NCBI GenBank assembly: GCA_934772525.1
Contig: CAKVMI010000001.1
Location: 54,613-118,612, forward strand
Direction of reading: 5' to 3'
DNA: 64,000 nt
Source: an uncultured Clostridia bacterium
Lineage (GTDB): Bacteria > Bacillota > Clostridia > Christensenellales > UBA1242
Shown here: positions 25,351-34,159 of the stretch, piece after piece
Numbering within the stretch: the first letter of the stretch is position 1
How the letters are laid out: the number at the start of each line of letters is the position of its first letter
Position numbers and translations under genes: made by a program
The notes under the pieces: generated by a model
Database searches by the model: none
Told to the model about the DNA's origin: nothing
What the model saw: only the letters and a program-made list of their open reading frames with translations

Positions 25351-28300
25351 ATGAAACGCAATATGAAATTTTTAAGTTTTGCTATGGCGTGTACTGTTGC
25401 AGTCGGTGCAATGGGTGTTCCGTCTATTATAAATAGATGGACTTTTGCAGATGAATCTTTAACAAGTACTACACTTGCAGAACTTACCGTAAATGCAAGA
25501 GATACACAGATTATTGAAGTCGGTCAAAGTGTCACATTTGATAACGGATTATTTAAACTTTGGTCGCCATCTGGTGAAGTTTTACATGATTATACTGATG
25601 TTAGCACAACTGCTTACACCTTTGTTATGCCAGGACTTTATGCTTATCAATATAAAAATAGTGACGGGGTATATTCAAAGCAAGAATATATAGTTGTAAA
25701 TAGCGTATTAGACAATGAAATTGTTTTAACTCAACAAATTTCAGCATTTGCTAAAACTGGAACTCTAGTTACAATTCCAAATTGCTCAACCGATGGGGTG
25801 CAAATTAAGGTTTATTCTCCATATGGCGAAGAGGTATCTGTAAGTAATAACAAATTCTCTAACATTTCAAATGTTAAGGGTACTTATTATATTGAATATT
25901 CAAAGAATGGAATATATAAGTATGTAACGGTTGAGTTTGGAGATACTTACAGCGAAAACGAAATAAAGAGTGTTGATAACGAAGATGCCTTATATCATTT
26001 TGAATATAATGATGACTTAAAAGAAATAGAAAAGAACGGCGTAATTTATATGTTTAAGGACTATAAATTAGGTGCAACCGTTTATGACAAATATGGCAGA
26101 AAAGTTAAAGACCAAAATGTAACAGTAACTTTTGATTTTGACGGAAGCGAAAGTGAAGAAATTTATCTTGGTACATTTGAGGGGGACGCCTTTAACTTAG
26201 CTGAAATAACCGACTTAGATGAAGCTGGAGCAAAGAAGTTTACTATAACAATTAAGGATACTAAAACTGGTTTAGAGAAAACTATTGAAGCCCCATTTAA
26301 GTTTAATAACAAATGTGTTTACATAAAATCGGATGGGTTGGTAAATGACTTTATAACCATTGAAGACATTAAAGCAGAAGGCGGTTTTGCTATTTCTAGT
26401 GCATCTGTAACAATGGCAAATGGATATACCGATAAATTGGGTGTGTTTGCATCTAAAAATGTTAGAATTAAATTAAGTTATCCGAATGATACTGGTAAAG
26501 TCGTTGGTGAAGATGATTTTGTTGCAGTTACCGAAAATAAAACAGATGATATTGTAACAAGTGTTATTCTAAAATCTAATAAAACTGATTTAACTTACGA
26601 TAATATTGATACAAAGAGAAGAATAATTAATGCAGATTACTCTTACACTTTAGATTTAGGAATAGTTGGTAACCATACATGGACTGCAACAAATGTTGTA
26701 AAGATTGTCAAGGATAGTAATTCTTATTCAGATAATCAAGCACCAAAATTTGGAGAACTTGAAGATTATGAATCTATAATAAAGTCAAGTGCATCGAACT
26801 TTACAGTTCCTTTCGTTGAGGTAACCGATTTACTAAATACCGGCGAAAGCTCAAATGGCGTAAATTTGACCGTTTCATATAAAAAGAATGGTGCAAGTGC
26901 AAGTGCTGAGAATGTAATGATGGGACAAAGGTTAACTTTGGATGCTGGAACATATACATTTATATATACTGCAATTGATAGTTGCGGAAACTCTGCTGAA
27001 AAGGCAATTACAGTTAAGGTATATGAAACAAACACAAATAGTGATGCTATTGTTGGAAGTGTTACAGCAGGTAGTGTTTCTGTAATAAAGACCGATGATG
27101 GGTATGTATTCAATTTAACTGGCTCAAATGCAACCAACTGCTTAGTATATGAAGATGGTAAATCTGCTGTTGTGCCAAAGAAAGTAATTTATCACAATGG
27201 TAAAATTGCTAGTATAACAGTTGAAGAAACAAGGAATAATTTTGTAATAGTTTTAAACGCCTACAACGAAGCAGGTAAAGAATGTTATATTGGTATTGGA
27301 CTTGAAGGCAAGGTTGATGTTGAAAACATTAAGCCATTTGCACATAACTTTAGATTAGATACAACCGGTTTTGAATTAAAGTATAATAATAGACTAGAAG
27401 TGAATGTTGGAGATAGAGTATTCTGGGCATATGGAAACGATTACACTATTGAAGCAACTGCAAACTATGTAATAGAAAATGGTAATATTATTGCACTAAC
27501 TTCTGGTACAATTCAAATTACCGATAACCAATCTAGCCGTTCAGCACTTATAGTTGCAAAAACTGGTGAAATAAGCACTCCAGAATTTTATACAAGTACA
27601 AAAAAGGTAGTTTCTATTAAAAACGCAGATGGTACAATTGGTAGTAGTGATGTAACAATTTCTATTCCTTATATTAGAAATTATTTTGGATATAAATTGC
27701 TATCTTCTGTAGTAACTGCTACAAGTGGAAGCGTTCAATTTGAAAATAACACTTTACACATTGATAGGGTAGATAATTTTACCTTCCGTCATACATTTAA
27801 TTATGAAGGTATTTCTAAGGTTTTAACCGAAACCATTAGTTCAGGTAATATTCAAAAACCAGTGATTAATATCGAAAAACCTTATGAATCTACAATAGTT
27901 AGAGGAGCTGTTACAAGAATTAACTTAATTAAAGCAACAGCGGTTGATAAATTTGGCAACATTATTAAGCTTGGCAAAGATAATATCGTTGTAAAAGATA
28001 ATTCTGGTAAAATTATTGAAATTAAAAGTGATGGTGATCAGCTTTTCGTAGAAGTTGAAAATGCGGGAATTTATACAGTTAGTTATTCAGTAACAGATTC
28101 GGATGGATTAACCGCAGTAGATACCATTAATTTTATAGTTACTTTCCCAGAAGAAGCAGAAAAAGGTATGAGCGTTTGGGGAATTTTAGGAATTATACTA
28201 GGCTCGTTAGTCGCTTGTGCTGGAATTGGTTATGTTGTTTATGTTTGCATTAAAAAGAACAAAAAACAACAAAAATTTATCAATAAAAACCGTCAAACAA

Positions 28301-28500
28301 AGAAAACTGAAAACGCAGGTATTGTACTTTATACAATTGCTGAAAGTAAAGATGGTTCTTATTGGACGGTAAAAAAGAGCAATAGAGTAATTGCTAAAGA
28401 AAAGACTAAAGAAGAAGCAATGCAAAAAATTACTGACGAAAAGTGCAAAATTAAAGTCTATAGTAAAAATGGAAGACTAATTGATAGCATTGATAGATAA
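25351..28500 (+). CDS. Large surface protein (1049 aa): signal peptide, Ig-like repeats, TM helix, short cytoplasmic tail
   Basis: N-terminal signal-like FLSFAMACTVAVGAMG. Two Ig/HYR-like signatures (YTFIYTAIDSCGNSAEKAITVKV and YTVSYSVTDSDGLTAVDTINFIV). TM helix VWGILGIILGSLVACAGIGYVVYVCI followed by KKNKK. Confidence 0.6.
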   Translation: MKRNMKFLSFAMACTVAVGAMGVPSIINRWTFADESLTSTTLAELTVNARDTQIIEVGQSVTFDNGLFKLWSPSGEVLHDYTDVSTTAYTFVMPGLYAYQYKNSDGVYSKQEYIVVNSVLDNEIVLTQQISAFAKTGTLVTIPNCSTDGVQIKVYSPYGEEVSVSNNKFSNISNVKGTYYIEYSKNGIYKYVTVEFGDTYSENEIKSVDNEDALYHFEYNDDLKEIEKNGVIYMFKDYKLGATVYDKYGRKVKDQNVTVTFDFDGSESEEIYLGTFEGDAFNLAEITDLDEAGAKKFTITIKDTKTGLEKTIEAPFKFNNKCVYIKSDGLVNDFITIEDIKAEGGFAISSASVTMANGYTDKLGVFASKNVRIKLSYPNDTGKVVGEDDFVAVTENKTDDIVTSVILKSNKTDLTYDNIDTKRRIINADYSYTLDLGIVGNHTWTATNVVKIVKDSNSYSDNQAPKFGELEDYESIIKSSASNFTVPFVEVTDLLNTGESSNGVNLTVSYKKNGASASAENVMMGQRLTLDAGTYTFIYTAIDSCGNSAEKAITVKVYETNTNSDAIVGSVTAGSVSVIKTDDGYVFNLTGSNATNCLVYEDGKSAVVPKKVIYHNGKIASITVEETRNNFVIVLNAYNEAGKECYIGIGLEGKVDVENIKPFAHNFRLDTTGFELKYNNRLEVNVGDRVFWAYGNDYTIEATANYVIENGNIIALTSGTIQITDNQSSRSALIVAKTGEISTPEFYTSTKKVVSIKNADGTIGSSDVTISIPYIRNYFGYKLLSSVVTATSGSVQFENNTLHIDRVDNFTFRHTFNYEGISKVLTETISSGNIQKPVINIEKPYESTIVRGAVTRINLIKATAVDKFGNIIKLGKDNIVVKDNSGKIIEIKSDGDQLFVEVENAGIYTVSYSVTDSDGLTAVDTINFIVTFPEEAEKGMSVWGILGIILGSLVACAGIGYVVYVCIKKNKKQQKFINKNRQTKKTENAGIVLYTIAESKDGSYWTVKKSNRVIAKEKTKEEAMQKITDEKCKIKVYSKNGRLIDSIDR

Positions 28501-28504
28501 CAAA

Positions 28505-28535
28505 AATTGACCTAATTATTTAGGTCAATTTTTTA
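28505..28535 (+). terminator. Terminator after the surface-protein gene
   Basis: Stem AATTGACCTAA / TTAGGTCAATT followed by TTTTT. Confidence 0.75.
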
Positions 28536-28592
28536 TGTCTACACAATTTAGAATAAATTGTGTAGGATAATATGTAATAAAAAATACTAAAA

Positions 28593-29651
28593 CTATATTT
28601 TTAAACTTGACGGAGATAGTTTTTGTTTTTTTCTAAATTTTAGTTTTAGGTAAATTCCTCTTCCAATTAGGATAAGTGTAAACATAGTTCCAATAAGTCC
28701 AATAATAGGATAAAAGTTTTCTACTATATTAGAAAATCCTAGTCTTGAAATTAAAAAGGCTATTATAAAAATAATTAATAGAGCAATATTGTCGTGCTTT
28801 TTAACCTTCTTTTTAATTAACGAATGAACTACAAAACCATCTGAAATAATGGTGGTAATTATTGCTACTGCTAAAGTTATTATAGAAAGAGTAATAAATT
28901 GTGGTGCGGTATCTAGTATATAGATTATTAGTGGCAATTCACAATTTACGCACGAAGATGATATATTTAAAATTGTAAAGCAAAAACAGAATAGTAGGGT
29001 AGTAAGTAAGGTACTTGCAATTATGCAACTAAAAATGCTTTCTTTTTTTGTTTGATAGGAAGAAAATTCTACAGCGATTGGATAAACGTTAAAAAGGTTC
29101 ATTCCTATATATAATGGAAGTGATGTGGTAAAAAATATTGGTACACATTTTGTAGTTGCAAGCGAAAATGTTGGTGCGGTTTTTATTCCAATAATCCCAA
29201 AAATAATGAGAGAAACTACCAAAATAGGAACAAGTATTAAATTGGTAGATGTTAGTCCATTAAATCCTAGTATTATTATTAAAAAAATTAATACAAGACT
29301 AATATAATAAGGAATGTTATTGGTAAAAATCATATCAAAAATAGATTGAAGTCCAGCAAGCATCGCAATAATAGAAGTAAATTCAGAGAAGAAAATGCAA
29401 ATATTTAGTGCGGTTTTTAAAAAGGGCGATAAGATAGTTTTATCCATTGAAGAAAAGTAGATTGTGCCAAGGCAAAATACTAAACCAAACAAGAAACACG
29501 CAAGGTATGCGATGTTTCCGTAAACTCCTAAAAAGGTAGAAACTTCCTTTCCGCTTGCAAAACCAGCACCGATAATAGTGCCAACAATTGTAAATGAAAC
29601 TTTTAGAATAGTCAATATAGAAGAAGATATTTTTTTAGTTTTTACCATCAA
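28593..29651 (-). CDS. YkvI-family polytopic membrane protein
   Basis: About 10 TM helices. The N-terminal motif TIVGTIIGAGFASGKEV is typical of the YkvI family. Confidence 0.55.
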   Translation of the reverse strand: MMVKTKKISSSILTILKVSFTIVGTIIGAGFASGKEVSTFLGVYGNIAYLACFLFGLVFCLGTIYFSSMDKTILSPFLKTALNICIFFSEFTSIIAMLAGLQSIFDMIFTNNIPYYISLVLIFLIIILGFNGLTSTNLILVPILVVSLIIFGIIGIKTAPTFSLATTKCVPIFFTTSLPLYIGMNLFNVYPIAVEFSSYQTKKESIFSCIIASTLLTTLLFCFCFTILNISSSCVNCELPLIIYILDTAPQFITLSIITLAVAIITTIISDGFVVHSLIKKKVKKHDNIALLIIFIIAFLISRLGFSNIVENFYPIIGLIGTMFTLILIGRGIYLKLKFRKKQKLSPSSLKI

Positions 29652-29770
29652 TATATTTGTATGATAAAAGCTTTAAATTTATGTTGCATAGGGGTTAAAA
29701 TTAATTGACTTGTAGGTGTAAAATTTATTATACTATAACTGATTTTAAAGTGATTATAATAGGTGTAAAA

Positions 29771-30553
29771 ATGAAAGATAAAAGTAAGGAATTGCCAGAA
29801 GAAATCGTAGATAATACCAACGAAAACACATACGATTTTGATATCTATTATGCCGAAGCATGGAGCAAAAGACAGGGCAATTTTTCGTTTGGGTTAGCGA
29901 ATAATTTAATTAAATATCTAAAAAATCATCATATCTATGTAAATAGTGTTTTAGACGTTTGCTCGGGTTCTGGCGAGTTTATTTCTATTATGAGAAACAT
30001 TTGTACTGATTGTATGGGAGTGGATAATGCGGATGGATACCTAAATTATGTTGCTACAAAGTATGGGGATATTAATTTCCAAAAAGTCGACAAGTTATAT
30101 TCCTTCAATTTAAAGCGTAAGTTTGACCTTATTAGTTGTAATAGAGATGTAGTAAATATGTTTACAAAGTGGAGTGAGTGGCAAGAGTTTTTTAAGACCG
30201 CTTACGAACACTTAGTAAAAAATGGAATTTTTATGTTTGACTTTTATACCAAGAAAAAACTTGATGGGTGGACAGATTTAACATTTGAGCAGACGGACGG
30301 GTTAGATTATGTTTCGGATGTAAAGCAAAATAATGGATATACCGTTATGAAAGAAACATATTATTTAAAGGAAACGTTAACACTAGTACATAAGACGGGT
30401 GACATAATGGTAGAAAGTTGGTTTGAAACTGAAAATATAATTTCTGCATTAAAACAAGCAGGATTTAGAAATGTAAAGATTGCAGATTATGAACTAAACG
30501 AAATCGAAGATTATTCTTCAATGGATAGAATTCATATACTTGCAACAAAGTAA
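29771..30553 (+). CDS. Class I SAM-dependent methyltransferase
   Basis: Motif I VLDVCSGSGEF. Start set at the ATG at 29771. Confidence 0.65.
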   Translation: MKDKSKELPEEIVDNTNENTYDFDIYYAEAWSKRQGNFSFGLANNLIKYLKNHHIYVNSVLDVCSGSGEFISIMRNICTDCMGVDNADGYLNYVATKYGDINFQKVDKLYSFNLKRKFDLISCNRDVVNMFTKWSEWQEFFKTAYEHLVKNGIFMFDFYTKKKLDGWTDLTFEQTDGLDYVSDVKQNNGYTVMKETYYLKETLTLVHKTGDIMVESWFETENIISALKQAGFRNVKIADYELNEIEDYSSMDRIHILATK

Positions 30554-30564
30554 GGAGAAATTTT

Positions 30565-31977
30565 ATGAAAAAAACTAAAATTATTTGTACAATAGGACCT
30601 GCATCATGCGACCCTACAATGATTAAAAATATGATTCTCAGTGGAATGAATGTTGCAAGATTAAATTTATCTCATGGTACGCATGAATCACACACCGATT
30701 ATATTAACGCAATAAAAGTTCAACGTGAAAAACTTGGGGTACCAGTTGCTATAATGTTAGACTTAAAGGGTCCAGAAATAAGAATAAAGACATTTGAAAA
30801 TGGTTCAATAGAATTACAAGATGGTCAAATATTTACATTAACTACAGGTGATGTTATTGGAAACCAAAATATAGTAAGTGTTACCTACAAAGATTTGCCA
30901 AACGTTTTAAAAGCGGGTGACAGAATTTTGTTGAATGATGGTTTTAGCGAACTTGAAGTATTAAGCGTAAATAATTATGATGTTATTACTAAGGTTATAG
31001 AAGGTGGTAAACTTTCGAATAATAAGAGTATTAATTTGCCAAATGTAAACATTGATATGCCGTATTTAAGCAAGGTAGATAAAGACGATATTAAGTTTGG
31101 TGTAGAACAAGATGTGGATTATATTGCACTTTCGTTTGTAAGGACGGCGGATGATGTAAGAGAAGCAAAGAAATACATTAGAAGTCTAGGTGGAAATTCT
31201 GACCAGATAAAAATTATTAGTAAAATAGAAAATCAACAAGGCGTGGACAATATTAATTCTATCATTGCAGAAAGTGATGGTATTATGGTTGCAAGGGGCG
31301 ACCTTGGGGTAGAAGTCGACTTTAAGCTTATTCCTATTTATCAAAAAGCAATTGTTGATAGAAGTTTAAAGGCTGGCAAAATTGTAATAATTGCAACTCA
31401 GATGCTAGAAAGTATGGTTGAAAATTTGAGACCAACAAGAGCCGAACTTACCGATATGGCAAATGCTGTTTTGGATGGTGCTAGTGCGTTGATGCTCAGT
31501 GGTGAAACTGCTAATGGTAAGCATGTTATTAAGTGTATTGAAACTATGAGTGAGGTTATTGAAACTTGCGAAAAGAACTTTATAGTAAAAACGCAATCTG
31601 CTGAAATTGAGTCTTTCCCAGATGTGTCGAAATCTATTGCTTATGCATGTAAATCGCTTTCATATAAAGTAAATACGAAAGCAATTATTGTAGTGTCGCT
31701 TACAGGTAAATCGGTGCTAGAAATTGCGTCTTTTAGACCGGGATGTCCTATAATTGCTTGTACAACAAGTGAAAAAGCGTATCAACAATTGGCACTCTGT
31801 TGGGGTGCGGTTCCAGTAAAAATGGAAGAGTATAAATCTACCGATGCACTTTTGTCATCGGCACAAGAATGTGCTTTAAATACGGGCATAGTTAAAAAAG
31901 GTGATATGGTTATTCAAACGGCGGGAGTTCCGCTTGGAACAGCACCTACAAATTTATTGAAAATCGAAACACTTTAA
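30565..31977 (+). CDS. pyk: Pyruvate kinase
   Basis: KKTKIICTIGPAS, MNVARLNLSHG and MVARGDLGVE motifs; 470 aa. Confidence 0.9.
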   Translation: MKKTKIICTIGPASCDPTMIKNMILSGMNVARLNLSHGTHESHTDYINAIKVQREKLGVPVAIMLDLKGPEIRIKTFENGSIELQDGQIFTLTTGDVIGNQNIVSVTYKDLPNVLKAGDRILLNDGFSELEVLSVNNYDVITKVIEGGKLSNNKSINLPNVNIDMPYLSKVDKDDIKFGVEQDVDYIALSFVRTADDVREAKKYIRSLGGNSDQIKIISKIENQQGVDNINSIIAESDGIMVARGDLGVEVDFKLIPIYQKAIVDRSLKAGKIVIIATQMLESMVENLRPTRAELTDMANAVLDGASALMLSGETANGKHVIKCIETMSEVIETCEKNFIVKTQSAEIESFPDVSKSIAYACKSLSYKVNTKAIIVVSLTGKSVLEIASFRPGCPIIACTTSEKAYQQLALCWGAVPVKMEEYKSTDALLSSAQECALNTGIVKKGDMVIQTAGVPLGTAPTNLLKIETL

Positions 31978-31993
31978 AATGCATAATTACTGC

Positions 31994-32022
31994 TTGACAA
32001 AATATTGTGAGTATGCTAATAT
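31994..32022 (+). promoter_or_regulatory. Promoter of the tyrS T-box leader
   Basis: TTGACA, 17 nt spacer, TAATAT. Confidence 0.6.
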
Positions 32023-32028
32023 ACAAAT

Positions 32029-32260
32029 ATATTCTTTTGATTGATAACTATTTTTAGTAGCGTTGCATTATTGAAATTAGAGAAGAGTTGGTTGGTGAAA
32101 AACTTGATTGTAATGCAAAGTGTGAATTACGATAGTTGTAGAAAGACGCAAAACCAAGCGAAATGGTTTAAAAGAGGTTTGATTAATTATCAAATAAATT
32201 AAGGTGGTACCACGAATGCACACTTCGTCCTTAAAATAAGGAAGGGAGTGTGCTTTTTTA
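32029..32260 (+). promoter_or_regulatory. T-box riboswitch leader (tyrosine)
   Basis: AGAGA box. Candidate UAC specifier in GAATTACGA. T-box AATTAAGGTGGTACCACG (32197-32214). Terminator GCACACT...AGTGTGC plus TTTTTT (32218-32259). Confidence 0.85.
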
Positions 32261-32272
32261 TAGGAGAAATTT

Positions 32273-33508
32273 ATGACAGATAAAAACTTGTATAATTGTT
32301 TAAAGGAACGTGGTCTTTTATATCAATGTACCGATGAAAAAAGATTGCAAGAAATTTTGGAAAGTGGCGAACCAATAACGCTTTATGAAGGTTCAGACCC
32401 AACGGCAGATAGTTTGCATATTGGACATTGTGTGCCTTATTGCATTTTAAGAAGATTTCAAAAAGCTGGTCATAAGGTAATTCTTTTGATGGGCGGTGCT
32501 ACTGCTTGCATTGGGGATCCATCTGGCAAAAATGAAATGCGTAAAATTATGGATAAAGAGACAATCGCACAAAACATTGAAAAAATTAAAGATTCATTAA
32601 AAATATTTTTGGACTTTGATGGCGAAAATCCTGCAATAATAGTTAACAATGCAGATTGGTTCGAAAACCTAAATTATGTAGACTTTATGCGAGAAGTTGG
32701 CGTGCACTTTAATATTAGTAAAATGCTTTCTAATGAAATATATGCAAATAGAATTAAAGAAGGTGGACTAACTTTATTTGAACTTGGCTATATGCCAATG
32801 CAAGCGTATGACTTTATTCACTTAAATAAAAAGTATGGTTGCACACTCCAATATGGCGGTGGTGACCAATGGGGAAATATAGTTGCAGGTGTAGAATTAC
32901 AAAGAAAGTTAAATTTTGCTAATGGAACAAATACAGAATTGATAGGTGCTACAAACCCGCTTCTTTTAACACCAGAAGGCAAAAAAATGGGAAAAACAGA
33001 ACAAGGTGCTATTTGGATAGATAGGGATAAAATTAGTGCGTACGAATTTTATCAAGGAGTTTATCAAACGCCAGATGCTTGTGTTAGAATGATGTTTGCA
33101 TTGTTTACAGATTTGCCAATGGATGAAGTGGATAATTTAATTAATACAGATATTGTTAATGCAAAAAGGATTTTAAGTTATGAAATGACTAAGTTTGTTC
33201 GTGGTGAAGAAGATGCAATTCTTGCACAAAAAACTGCAGAAGAAGTATTTAGGGGTGCTGGAATAAGTGAAAATATGCCAACAGTTGAAGTTGATAAAGC
33301 AGAGTTTGGTAGCGGACTAGCGATTTGTGAAATGCTAGAAAAGATTAAAATTTGTGCATCTAGAGGAGAAGCAAGACGACTTATTGAGCAAGGCGGTATA
33401 TCGCTAGATGGCGAAAAAGTTACAGATGCAAAAATGATTGTTGCACCAAAAGATGAAATGGTCGTAAAAAAGGGAAAGAAAATATTTGTTAAGGTTGTAG
33501 TAAAATAA
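32273..33508 (+). CDS. tyrS: Tyrosine--tRNA ligase
   Basis: HIGH motif (LHIGH), KMSKS-type motif (KMGKT) and a C-terminal S4-like domain (GEARRLIEQGGISLDGEKV). Confidence 0.9.
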   Translation: MTDKNLYNCLKERGLLYQCTDEKRLQEILESGEPITLYEGSDPTADSLHIGHCVPYCILRRFQKAGHKVILLMGGATACIGDPSGKNEMRKIMDKETIAQNIEKIKDSLKIFLDFDGENPAIIVNNADWFENLNYVDFMREVGVHFNISKMLSNEIYANRIKEGGLTLFELGYMPMQAYDFIHLNKKYGCTLQYGGGDQWGNIVAGVELQRKLNFANGTNTELIGATNPLLLTPEGKKMGKTEQGAIWIDRDKISAYEFYQGVYQTPDACVRMMFALFTDLPMDEVDNLINTDIVNAKRILSYEMTKFVRGEEDAILAQKTAEEVFRGAGISENMPTVEVDKAEFGSGLAICEMLEKIKICASRGEARRLIEQGGISLDGEKVTDAKMIVAPKDEMVVKKGKKIFVKVVVK

Positions 33509-33696
33509 TTAGTTTGCTTATTGGTTTAAGTAAAAAAATCATTAATATTTTAAAATTGCAAAAATTTTATAGTTTAAAAATAGAGTAAGGCGGGTTTGTC
33601 TTATTCTATTTTTATAAAATTAATTATGAAACTTAGTTAATGTGAGTGCATTACTATTTTATCAAATCTACAAATCTTTAATTATAAGCGAACCAA

Positions 33697-33812
33697 GTTG
33701 ACAAAAGTGATAGAAAGGGTTTTTTTGTCAACTGGCGTTTGACAAAAGTAGTAGAAATGTGGTTTTTGTCAAGTGGGAATTGACAAAGGTAATTAAAACT
33801 TGATTTTTTCAA
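33697..33812. repeat. Three tandem ~41-42-bp units, each an imperfect palindrome TTGACAAAAG-N14-16-TTTTTGTCAA
   Basis: Unit 1 at 33697-33732 (GTTGACAAAAGTGATAGAAAGGGTTTTTTTGTCAAC), unit 2 at 33739-33772, and unit 3 at 33780-33812, which has degraded arms. Confidence 0.8.
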
Positions 33813-33960
33813 GTAAATCTGTTAAGGCTATTTTAAAAAGTTCTCGGCAATTAATAACTAAAGAATTATAAAAACAGAAATGAAGAGAATTGAATCAATT
33901 AATATTTGTCAGTGCTTTTTATTGACTGGCTTAACTTTAAAAATTAATATTCTTGATTTG

Positions 33961-33990
33961 TTGCTAAATGTTTATTCGGTATGATATAAT
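33961..33990 (+). promoter_or_regulatory. Candidate + strand promoter (possible cas9 promoter reading through the tracrRNA gene in antisense)
   Basis: TTGCTA, 18 nt spacer, TG-n-TATAAT (extended -10). Confidence 0.4.
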
Positions 33991-34024
33991 CGAATTAATA
34001 GGACTGGTTAAATATTTTTACACG

Positions 34025-34118
34025 AAAAAAAAGAACCGCCTAACACGGTTCACCCTATATTGGGTAGTTTGTTAAATATTTATTTTAACTTTTAGTGTAA
34101 TATTAAATGGTATTTAAC
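34025..34118 (-). ncRNA. tracrRNA: tracrRNA (predicted, about 94 nt)
   Basis: The + strand at 34089-34118 (CTTTTAGTGTAATATTAAATGGTATTTAAC) matches the CRISPR repeat in the same orientation, apart from a 5-nt gap (ATTAA). The minus-strand RNA therefore carries the anti-repeat. Downstream on the minus strand lie hairpins GUUAAA-N7-UUUAAC and CCC-AAUAUA-GGG, then terminator GAACCG-UGUUAGG-CGGUUC plus U8 (34025-34051). Confidence 0.75.
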
Positions 34119-34124
34119 AAGTTT

Positions 34125-34153
34125 ATTATATCAAAAGAAAAGGGGTTTGTAAA
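34125..34153 (-). promoter_or_regulatory. tracrRNA promoter
   Basis: On the minus strand: TTTACA (34148-34153), 17 nt spacer, TG-n-TATAAT (34125-34130). This places the TSS at about 34118, at the start of the anti-repeat. The -35 element lies 7 nt from the cas9 ATG. Confidence 0.65.
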
Positions 34154-34159
34154 GCGAAA

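Noticed and set aside
33697-33812. Considered whether the three palindromic units are a miniature second CRISPR array.
   Set aside because: The gaps between units are only 5-6 bp, so there are no spacers. The units bear no similarity to the real repeat, and unit 3 is degraded. They are reported as a repeat and finding instead.
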